A stretch of DNA of 36,895 nucleotides from Fonticula-like sp. SCN 57-25. Lineage: Eukaryota. Under the pieces are notes generated by a model. That model saw only the letters and a program-made list of their open reading frames with translations, was not told the origin of the DNA and did no database searches. Positions 25,066 through 34,237 of the stretch are shown here, in pieces (the first letter of the stretch is position 1; each line of letters opens with the position of its first letter). The DNA is taken from positions 1-36,895 of the forward strand of contig MEDX01000037.1 in assembly GCA_001724245.1 (NCBI GenBank), written 5' to 3'. A program made the position numbers and the translations under genes.

Positions 25066-26610
25066 ATGGCGAAGAGGTCGAGGTCGCCCGTGCACGAGCC
25101 AAAGCTCCCCTACACACTTGAGGACGCTGGTTCGCCGTACACTGGCCCCACTCGTCACTTTATCAACAATGAATGGCGAGCGTCGCTTGCCGGAGGTGAG
25201 ATGGCGACGGTCAATCCCTCGACAGGGGCCGAGATTGCGCGGGTGAGCGCCGGGCTGTCGGCTGATGTTGATGCAGCGGTGGAGTGTGCGCGGAATGCTT
25301 TTACAACGTGGTCGCAGACGCCTGGCGAGAAGCGCGGCCATCTTCTTCGTCGTTACGGCGACTTGATTCTCGCCAATCAGGAGACGCTTGCACGGCTTGA
25401 AGGGCTCGACAATGGCATGTCTGTTGTGCTTGGCCGCGGCGTGGTCTTCCAGGCTGCGCAGTGGGTGTACTACTACGCCGGCTGGGCGGACAAGCTCGAG
25501 GGGACGACGCACAATGATCTTCTTGATCGCCGCCTGTTTACGTACACTGTCCGCCAGCCGTACGGCGTTGTCGGCGCGATCGTACCGTGGAACTTTCCCA
25601 TCGCGCTGCTGGTGTGGAAGCTTGCACCTGCGCTTGCATGCGGCAACACGCTTGTCATTAAGCCGTCCGAGAAGACACCGCTGACGGCGCTGGCGCTGGC
25701 GGACCTGGCGATGCGCGCGGGCTTCCCGCCGGGCGTCGTCAACGTCGTACTCGGGTTGGGCACGACCGCGGGCGACGCGCTCGCGCGCCATCCTCACGTT
25801 GACAAGATCAGCTTCACGGGCTCCACCGGCGTCGGTCGCGCCATCCTCCGCGCGGCGGCTGAGACCAACCTGAAGCGCGTCACGCTCGAGCTTGGCGGCA
25901 AAAGCCCCGTCATCGTCATGCCGGACGCGGACCTCGACGAGGCCGTCGCCTTTGCGCACAGCGGCCTCTTCATCAACCAGGGGCAGTTTTGCGCGGCGGG
26001 GTCGCGCGTCATCGTCCACGAGGACGTCTACGAAGAGTTTCTCGCAAAGTCAGCTGAGCTCGCGCGTAAGCGGAGGGCGCGGGTCGGCCACGCGCTCGAC
26101 GAAAAGGCGACACACGGCCCCGTCGTCGACCAGCTGCAGTACAACAGGGTGCTCGAGTACATCGAGGCCGGCAAGAGGGATGGCGCTAGGGTTGTTGTCG
26201 GGGGGGAGCGCGTGGCCGCCCACAAGGATGAGAGCATCCGGGGGGGCTTTTACATTGAGCCGACCATCTTTGCCGACGTAGAGCCGCGCATGAGGATAGC
26301 GCAAGAGGAGATTTTTGGGCCCGTCATGGCCGTCATCAAGGTGCGCAGCGTGCAGGAGGCGATCGCCGTCGCGAACCAGACAGAGTATGGGCTCGCTGCG
26401 GGCGTCTTTTGCAGGGACATCAAGTCGGCGCTCGCCATCGCGCACGCCGTTCACGCGGGCACTGTGTGGGTCAACACGTATGGCAAGATGATGCCGCAGG
26501 CCGCGTTTGGGGGGATGAAATTGAGCGGCATCGGGACGGAGAACGGAGAGGCAGTGCTCAGAGAGTACAGCCACTCAAAGACAGTCACCATGGCGCTCGC
26601 AAAACTGTAG
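25066..26610 (+). CDS. Aldehyde dehydrogenase (ALDH1/2-like), 514 aa, intronless, ends in AKL
   Basis: PWNFP, KPSEKTP, FTGST, LELGGKSP (catalytic Glu), NQGQFCAAGSR (catalytic Cys), EEIFGPV. Confidence 0.96.
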   Translation: MAKRSRSPVHEPKLPYTLEDAGSPYTGPTRHFINNEWRASLAGGEMATVNPSTGAEIARVSAGLSADVDAAVECARNAFTTWSQTPGEKRGHLLRRYGDLILANQETLARLEGLDNGMSVVLGRGVVFQAAQWVYYYAGWADKLEGTTHNDLLDRRLFTYTVRQPYGVVGAIVPWNFPIALLVWKLAPALACGNTLVIKPSEKTPLTALALADLAMRAGFPPGVVNVVLGLGTTAGDALARHPHVDKISFTGSTGVGRAILRAAAETNLKRVTLELGGKSPVIVMPDADLDEAVAFAHSGLFINQGQFCAAGSRVIVHEDVYEEFLAKSAELARKRRARVGHALDEKATHGPVVDQLQYNRVLEYIEAGKRDGARVVVGGERVAAHKDESIRGGFYIEPTIFADVEPRMRIAQEEIFGPVMAVIKVRSVQEAIAVANQTEYGLAAGVFCRDIKSALAIAHAVHAGTVWVNTYGKMMPQAAFGGMKLSGIGTENGEAVLREYSHSKTVTMALAKL

Positions 26611-26963
26611 GATTATAGCTGGAAATGTAAAAAGGGTAATAGAAAATTCGAATTTAACTTGCATTGTGGATTATCTAATAGAACAATTTACACGGAATGA
26701 TAGAATACACAACAAAAAAGGCTTGACCTGGGAAACACAACGGGTTGCTTGCTCGCCTCGATTGGCAAGTGCAGAAGCAAGATTAATGCATGCGGAAAAC
26801 AGGAATAGAACGCATATAACGCCCTCGCCACAAAAAACTCTTCAAGAGCCACTGGCTCTCTCTGTCTCTCTTTCTTAAACTACGCTCTCTATCGCTCACC
26901 ATACGCGCGTACGCCCACGCCCTCGCTCCCTCGTGGCTTGTGCCCCACCACTTGCGAAAACAA

Positions 26964-29190
26964 TCATAGCACAAGAACTCCGCTGACAGGGCTTATTCCG
27001 GATGACCTCGCGTTGCGCATCTGCAGCTGAACGAGCTCGTACCGCTCGCGAATCTTGCTGGCGTACGTCGCGACAATATTCCTGTGCTCGGACGACAGCT
27101 TGAGGTCCTCCGTTTGCATGAGCGCGTCCAAAAGCAGCAGTGCCTGGCGGTACTTTTGCACGCCAGGCTCGTCCTCGTCAAAGGCGCCCTCGTGCGAAAG
27201 CGACTTTGCACTGTGGAAGACGAGCTGAAGAATACGGAGCGACCGCTGGGGGCTCGTGACGGACGTGTACGACCGGCGGAGATCTGTCTGCAGACTTTCG
27301 GCGCGCTCGAGGCAGCTCTGATAAGCCTCATCCATGCTGGCAACAATGTTCTGCAGCGTGCCCGTGGAGCTCCGGAAGCGCGAGTAGAAATGGCGCGCAC
27401 GGCGGAAAGCAATGGAAAAGAGCGAGAGGGTGTAGCAATAAAGCGTGTAGGTGTCCTGCTTGTCCTCGGTTGATTCCGCCAGGCGAAGGACAGCCATGGC
27501 GGTCTGGCGCGCATGTTCAACCGACTCGAAGCTTTCGCGCTCGGCAATGGACGAATTCATCAGCGAGGAGCTGCTGAACGTCGCATTCGGCGGCGACGAG
27601 GACGGCTTGGTAGAGGCGGAACTGACCACCTGTTGTGTGTCCTGGGGCGCCAGCGTGAACCCGAGGCTGTTCGACGCGAGCTTCACAGCCCCAAGCAAGA
27701 TGTCCTTCGGGCTCGTCGTCCAATGAGACTGAGGCGACGAGCCCGGCGCGGGATGCGTAGTCGCGGGCTGAGGCGGCGAGTCGGGCGGCGTCAAGACTGC
27801 TGCCTTGGAGGGCTTTCGGATGACCGACCCCGAAAGAGAAAAGGACAGCGAAGACGATGAGGAAGAGCTGAGAATGTCGCCGCTCGTTTGCTTGGCTACG
27901 CTCGTCGCGCCAACCAAGGGCGACTGCCCAGCGATCGGCGCCTGGCCGTTGGCAATGATGTCCACCGTTTGAAAGTTTGCGATCTGTGCCTTGTCAATCA
28001 TGACAAAATCATCCGATCCTCGCATCTGGGGGCTCGCGCTACCCAGCGCCGGGTTCGTCGTCAGCGGGTTGGACGGGAGGGGCGACGCGTGCGTCATGTC
28101 GGCGGCAAAGTCCGTAGCAGACAAGACTTGCTGGAGATAAAACGACGTGCGGGTGGGCGGCAACGCGGCAACGCGAGGCGAAGCGTCAGGCGCGTCCAAT
28201 GATGAGGAAGCCGGAGAGAACGAAAACGCGCGCTGAGAGGACGAACCCTGGCTGCGCTCGCATGCCTCCACCGCTTCCCTGCCGTTTTGCACAAACGGAT
28301 GCCAGAAGAATTGCGAAAACGTCATACGATGGATGGGGTCGCGACGAAGCAATTTCCGCACAAGATCAAGGCAGTCCTCCGAGACGGTCGTCGATGGCGG
28401 AAAGTCAATTGTCTTAAACTGCTTGATCTTTTCAAAGAGCTGGACTTGGTTTTGCGCGTTAAAGGGAACCTTGCCGCACACCATCTCATAGAGGATGCAG
28501 CCAACAGACCACAGGTCAGCCTTGTAGTCGTAGGGGCGGTTCAAGAACACCTCTGGGGCCATGTATAGAGGCGTTCCGCACGAGGTAGAGGCCAGGTCCG
28601 TCTCGCCAAGCACTCGTGCGTAGCCAAAGTCGGCAAGCTTGAGCGTCGTCTGTTCGGCCGTGCTGGCGAGCAGAATGTTGCTCGGCTTCAAATCGCGATG
28701 AATCATGTTGTTTTGGAACAGAAAATCCAGCGCATTCGCTTCAATGGGAAGAGAGTGTGAGCAAAAAAAAACACAAAGGAAAGAGCGCACCGAGCTGGAA
28801 TAAATAAAACTGCACGAGGCTCTCCGACATGCCCTTCTTCATGCGCTTCCCAAGCTCGCCACCTTCGCAAAGCTCCATGACCATGCAAATATCACGGTCC
28901 GTCTCCTGCGATCGCAAAAGTTAACAGCCGACCAACATAAAATTCGGAGAGCGTACAAAGGTTCCATAAAGCTCGACAATGTTCGGGTGCTTGTTTTGCT
29001 CCAGAATGCGAATCTCATTGCGCAGGTTTGCGACGAGCTTTTCTGTGTCCAGTTTGGACTTTGGTACATTCTTGATGGCAACGATGTTGCCCGTGCTCTT
29101 GTGCCTCGCACGGTTCACAACTCCATAAGTGCCTTGGCCAACCACATTGTTGGGAAGACTCTCAAAATCGCTCGCAGAAAATGTTGTCAT
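26964..29190 (-). CDS. ATG1: ATG1/ULK-family Ser/Thr kinase, ~707 aa
   Basis: Exons 28957-29190, 28791-28905, 26964-28738. Motifs GQGTYG, VAIK, HRDLKPSN, LKLADFGYAR, CGTPLYMAPE, YDYKADLWSVG; disordered Ser-rich middle with DDFVMI (AIM-like); helical MIT-like C-terminus. Confidence 0.88.
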
Positions 29191-30058
29191 GGTGAATTCT
29201 GCAGGTTGAATAAAACTGGGAAATGAAACTTTCTTGGTGGTCAGTCTCGGTGCATTCCGAGGACCAGCGCCTGTGCAACAATGTTAGCAATCTAGGAAGG
29301 GTACCATTAAAAACGTACCAGGAAGCCGCGCCGACGGGATGGCGTTAGGCGAGGCCAGCACGATAGCTCTGAAGAGTACTGCGGCGGTCGACGGCGAAAA
29401 AAACCAGCAGTAGAAGGCCCTTGTTGGCGCCTCTCGAGATGCCGGTCAACGCAATAAAAAAAATAGCACGACCTACGAGGTACGCTAGCTTCTCGGTCTC
29501 AGAGGCCGCGCAGGTTAACGTAAACAAACTCGTGTACCGGAACGATAAACGAGGGCCCGAGCCACCAACACGACCAGGAGAAGGGGGCGGCGGGGAGGGG
29601 CAACAAACCACGAAATTTGACTGCGTCAACCGACGTAGTCAAAGACGAAATCACAATAATCCGCGACGGGAACGAGCAACGAGCAACGTTCAGCACTGGT
29701 CAGCCTCTAGCCCACTGTTGCCTGTGCGGTAAACGATGGCTTGCTTTTCCTTGGAAGGGGGGGGCGCCGAACGGTCCAGACAACACTGCTGGGCAGACGT
29801 AGGGCGGGAACTCGGTCGTTGTTGGTAAACGGTCAATTCAATAGAGTCACCTGAAAGTTGCCTACCCGGTGATTTTGTTGAAGGAAACACCTGACTTTCG
29901 AACCACACGGGTAGCCGATCTCAGTACACCCTCCATTTTATTGATGACGTCAATGTGCGCAATGTTCGTGATTGTGGGGCCAAATCCACGGTGGAATCCA
30001 CCCTGGATTTGACTATCGCCCACAGTGATGTGACAGTACTGCCCTTCTCGATCACCGG

Positions 30059-30066
30059 TATAAAAG
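30059..30066 (+). promoter_or_regulatory. TATA box (TATAAAAG) upstream of the RNase MRP RNA
   Basis: Canonical TATAAAAG beginning 36 nt before the first base of the MRP P1 helix. Confidence 0.6.
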
Positions 30067-30094
30067 CACCATGTGGCTCCCTTTTCTTTTCTTT

Positions 30095-30445
30095 GAGGAA
30101 CACGTCGAAGGCCCGCCGATCGGAGGCGCACGCACGGGGAGGTGTTGGTAACAATGTCCTCCTAGTCTATACCTTATTTGGAACCTCTGGGGAAGGTCCC
30201 CGGACGCAGGACAGAAAGTGTCAGCCGTAAAGGCCATCCCCTCCCGCTTACCTCCGCCTTGCGAAGAAGGAAGCACGCGAAGGGTATGCCGCCTCTCTTT
30301 CTTTCCTTTGATTGCCCCTGACCCTTTTTTTTGCTAGTGTGTTACTGAGCTGCGGCTTGCGGGGGGTAGTTTGTCCTAGCACAGTTATGCGGGCCTGCTT
30401 CTTTTGAAGCAGAACAGAACGGGGCCCACTCTCGACGTGTTTCTC
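30095..30445 (+). ncRNA. RMRP: RNase MRP RNA (351 nt genomic; ~297 nt if intron 30284-30337 is removed)
   Basis: P1 GAGGAACACGTCGA (30095-30108)/TCGACGTGTTTCTC (30432-30445). P2 AGGCCCGC/GCGGGCCT. CR-I GAAGGTCCCCGG pairs with CR-V ACAGAACGGGGCCCACTC (P4). MRP-diagnostic P8 GACA-GAAAG-TGTC (GARAR loop). P9 GCC-GTAAA-GGC. CR-IV AGTTA. P19 GCTTC-TTTT-GAAGC. Confidence 0.92.
30284..30337 (+). other. Putative 54-nt spliceosomal intron inside RNase MRP RNA
   Basis: GTATGC donor, pyrimidine tract, CCCTGAC branch site, T8, TAG acceptor, and a typical intron length for this window. Removal creates the hairpin AGCACGC-GAAG-GTGTGTT. Confidence 0.75.
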
Positions 30446-30628
30446 CCCATACCCACTCCCACAAAGAAATATGTCGTGTCAGTTTCCTCACCCTTATGTT
30501 CTCTGCACTCACTCGCGTAGGACCGACGTGCTCTTCTGGACTGGATTTCTGCCCACCCTCGCTCAAGGTATGTACTAGGAACTGGCTATTTGGGTTGGGA
30601 GTGGGTTCTATACCTCGTTATTGAAGAC

Positions 30629-30700
30629 GTGCAATGATGGTTGAATTTCTTCACCTGATCCTCATGAAGATCAAAACTCGAGCTTTTTAAATCTGAGCAC
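30629..30700 (+). ncRNA. SNORD36: Box C/D snoRNA, snR47/SNORD36 (U36) family, double guide, intronic
   Basis: Terminal stem GTGC/GCAC; box C ATGATGG (30634), D' CTGA (30655), C' ATGAAGA (30664), D CTGA (30693). D' guide TTGAATTTCTTCAC is complementary to LSU rRNA GTGAAGAAATTCAA. D guide CGAGCTTTTTAA is complementary to SSU rRNA TTAAAAAGCTCG. It lies within intron-like 30568 (GTATGT) to 30776 (GCTAAC...TAG). Confidence 0.92.
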
Positions 30701-31276
30701 ATTCTTCTTTTTTGCTTGCTATTTTTGCTTTTATATTCTTGCCGCTTCTGTTTGCTAACTCCTCAATTTGGACTAGTCTGTGTACTGCTCGACTTTTTGC
30801 ATGCATACTCAAGCTTGCGACCACTAATGTATTACAATATTACTACCGAGTTCCTTTCCCGCGCCCACCAAACCCCTAGTGCGATAAGAGCATGTCCAAA
30901 GAGAAAGCGATACTTCTAGTCTGCATGCACTATGCTCTACATGGTTGACACTCCTTTGCAAATTGCGCTAAAAGGCGCCCATCCTTCACACGATTTAGCT
31001 ACTGAATACTGCAGTCCAGCAGCACCATAGAGGGTGTCCTTTGATTCTTGCGAGTATGACCCATTTGAGCGATAAATCGGTGGCCCAACGACCATGCTGG
31101 TCAACGACGGTCGATCATGTCCAAAGCGTTGATTGGCCAAAAATGTGATTGCAAAATGCAAACTGTGTTACGTGGCCACAGATCCCGTTTTTCTTTTCCA
31201 CGCTCGTGCGCTTTTTCCATACTCCGTCGAGTCGTCTTGGTCGCCCACAGCTTGCCACTGCCAGGTTGCCAGTAGC

Positions 31277-33725
31277 ATGACGTTTGCCCTTGCTGGTGTT
31301 GTGCGCGTACGCCATTCTTTCTACGATAATGCATTTATTGTTGCTCACTTTTGCTCCTAATAGCGCCCTTTGGCGGCCATGACTGCCACCCGCGCCCTCG
31401 CAACTGCGGCAACTGCCCGCGTTCCGATGAGTCAGTTTGAGCAGGACCAGTTCATCAACTACAAGGCCATCGAGGACCGCCTTTTGGTTGTGCGCCGTCG
31501 CCTCAACCGCCCCCTTACGCTTTCGGAGAAGATTGTGTATGGTCACTTGGACGACCCCGAGCACCAGGACATCAAGCGCGGTGTCTCGTACCTCCGTCTG
31601 CGTCCTGACCGTGTCGCGTGCCAGGACGCCACCGCTCAGATGGCTCTTTTGCAGTTCATGTCGTCGGGCATGTCCAAGGTTGCTGTTCCCACCACTGTTC
31701 ACTGCGACCACCTCATCGAGGCCCAGAAGGAGGGCATTGCTGACCTGGCGCGCGCCAAGTCGCAGAACGCTGAGGTCTACGACTTCCTCAGCTCCGTTTG
31801 CGGAAAGTACGGCATCGGCTTCTGGAAGCCCGGTTCCGGCATTATTCACCAGATTCTCCTGGAGAACTATGCTCTCCCCGGTCTCCTCATGATCGGTACC
31901 GACAGCCACACCCCCAACGCCGGTGGTCTCGGCACCATTGCCGTTGGTGTCGGTGGTGCCGACGCCGTCGACGTCATGGCCAACATTCCGTGGGAGCTCA
32001 AGTGCCCCAAGGTTATCGGTGTCAAGCTTACCGGTCAGCTGACTGGCTGGGCTACGCCGAAGGATATCATCCTCAAGCTTGCCGGCATTCTCACGGTCAA
32101 GGGTGGAACCGGCGCCATCGTCGAGTACTTTGGCCCCGGTGTTGACACCATCTCTTGCACTGGCATGGCTACCATCTGCAACATGGGCGCTGAAATTGGT
32201 GCCACCACCTCGGTGTTCCCCTTCAACGGCCGCATGAAGTCCTACCTTGAGGCTACCAACCGCAGCGCGGCTGCTTCCCTCGCCGAGTCGTTCTCTGAGA
32301 ATCTGCGCGCGGATCAGAGCGCCCAGTATGATCAGCTCATCGAGATCAACCTCTCTGATCTCGAGCCGCATGTCAACGGCCCCTTCACGCCCGACCTTGC
32401 TACCCCGCTTTCGCAGTTTGCCGCCGCCGTCAAGTCCAACAACTGGCCGTCGGATCTCCGCGTCGGCCTCATTGGCAGCTGCACCAACAGCAGCTACGAG
32501 GACATGGCGCGCTCGGCGTCCGTGGCCCGCCAGGCTCTTGACCACGGCGTCAAGGCCAAGTCGGCCCTCACTGTGACTCCCGGCTCGGAGCAGATTCGTG
32601 CCACCATTGAGCGCGATGGCATCATGGGCACGCTCCAGGAGGCTGGCGCGACCGTCCTTGCCAACGCCTGCGGCCCTTGCATTGGCCAGTGGGATCGCCA
32701 GGACATCAAGAAGGGTGACAAGAACTCGATTATCACGTCGTACAACCGCAACTTTACTGGCCGTAATGATGCCAACCCTGCCACCCATGCCTTCGTTGCT
32801 TCCCCCGAGCTCGTCACTGCCATGGCCTTTGCCGGCGACCTCACCTTCAACCCGCTGACTGACTCTATTCGTGGAGCTGACGGCAAGGAGTTCAAGTTCA
32901 CTTCGCCCAGCGGCCATGAGCTTCCCCCGCGCGGCTATGACCCGGGAGAGGACACCTACCAGGCCCCGACCTCGGATCCCAAGTCTATCGAGGTCAAGAT
33001 TGACCCCAAGAGCACCCGCCTTCAGAAGCTTGAGCCGTTCGCTGCCTGGGACGGCAAGGACTACGACAAGCTCCCGATTCTCATCAAGGTCAAGGGCAAG
33101 TGCACGACCGATCACATCTCCATGGCTGGTCCCTGGCTCAAGTACCGTGGTCACCTCGACAATATTTCCAACAACATGCTGATTGGTGCGCTCAACTCTG
33201 AGAACGACAAGGTCAACTCTGTCTACGACCGCCTCCGCAAGACCTATGACAGCGTGCCCGCTGTCGGCCGCAACTACAAGGCGAACGGCATCAAGTGGGT
33301 CGTCGTCGGCGAGGACAACTACGGAGAGGGCTCTAGCCGCGAGCATGCCGCTCTCGAGGTTCGCCACCTCGGCGGTGTTGCCGTCATCGTGAACTCGTTC
33401 GCTCGTATCCACGGTACGCTTGAACTACCTTTACTCTTTGTATTGTTTTGCTGACAAATGCTGTTTTGCAGAGACCAACCTTAAGAAGCAGGGCGTTCTT
33501 CCGCTTACTTTCCAGTCCCCCAAGGACTACGCTCGCATCCAGCCGAGCGACTCCATCTCCATCGTTGGCCTCGCCGACCTCACCCCCGGCAAGCCTGTCC
33601 GCGCCATCCTGACTCACGCCGACAACTCGACCGAGGAGCTCCTCCTTAATCACACTCTCAACGAGGGCCAGATTGGCTGGTTCCGCGCTGGCAGCGCCCT
33701 CAACGAGATGGCGGTCAAGGCGTAA
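31277..33725 (+). CDS. ACO1: Mitochondrial aconitate hydratase, ~777 aa
   Basis: Exons 31277-31306, 31364-33413, 33472-33725. Motifs [72 protein letters not shown]; presequence-like N-terminus. Confidence 0.97.
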
Positions 33726-34237
33726 AGCTGTGTGGTAGTTGTTTTCAATCTCTTCTCTTTCGCTCTCCATCTTTTGTGGATGGATAATTTTCTTCTTGCA
33801 CCCTGACCTCCCCCTTCTTTCTCGTGTATATGAAATATATGAACAAACATTCAGTTATCGAGTGTGTCGTGGACAATTGTACCACCATGAGCCACGATAC
33901 CGCCCCGTTTCAGAATGGTGCACACCCAAAATACATTCCTCGGATGAAGCCCGTACAAATGATATACAACATGACATACGGGTGCCATTAATTGGGACGA
34001 CGCTGTGCTTGATATTTCAGTCGCCCAACCTAATACCAGGAACACTTTTGTAATACACCTGGCACACATATGATCCATACTACCATACGCACATGGTGTG
34101 AGTTTCAGATGATGAGTATTTCCTTGAAACCTTTCGGTTTGCATCAGCCAATGAGGACTGGCCACCCCGGTGGTAAGCCAATCACGTCTTGCCTGTTCAT
34201 CTCCATCTGAAGCGACGCCTTCTGTGCCTGAGACAAC

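Noticed and set aside
29690-30154. Minus-strand frame open across a single TGA (29921), suggesting readthrough, selenocysteine or a pseudogene
   Set aside because: No recognisable protein motifs, it overlaps the MRP RNA and promoter, and other genes here use TGA as a normal stop.
30284-30919. Possible multi-exon protein gene using the intron signals in this region
   Set aside because: No splice combination gave a coherent long ORF; the region is better explained by MRP RNA plus a snoRNA host.
31115-33412. 765-aa antisense ORF opposite aconitase (similarly 20825-22285 opposite GFAT, 25033-26019 opposite ALDH, and several opposite the RasGEF)
   Set aside because: Shadow ORFs caused by strong GC3 codon bias on the sense strand; no independent motifs.
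34108-34210. ATGATGA ... ATGAGGA ... CTGA, resembling a C/D snoRNA
   Set aside because: No terminal stem or recognisable rRNA guide. It contains two AGCCAAT boxes just upstream of the GRAM gene start, so it is more likely promoter.
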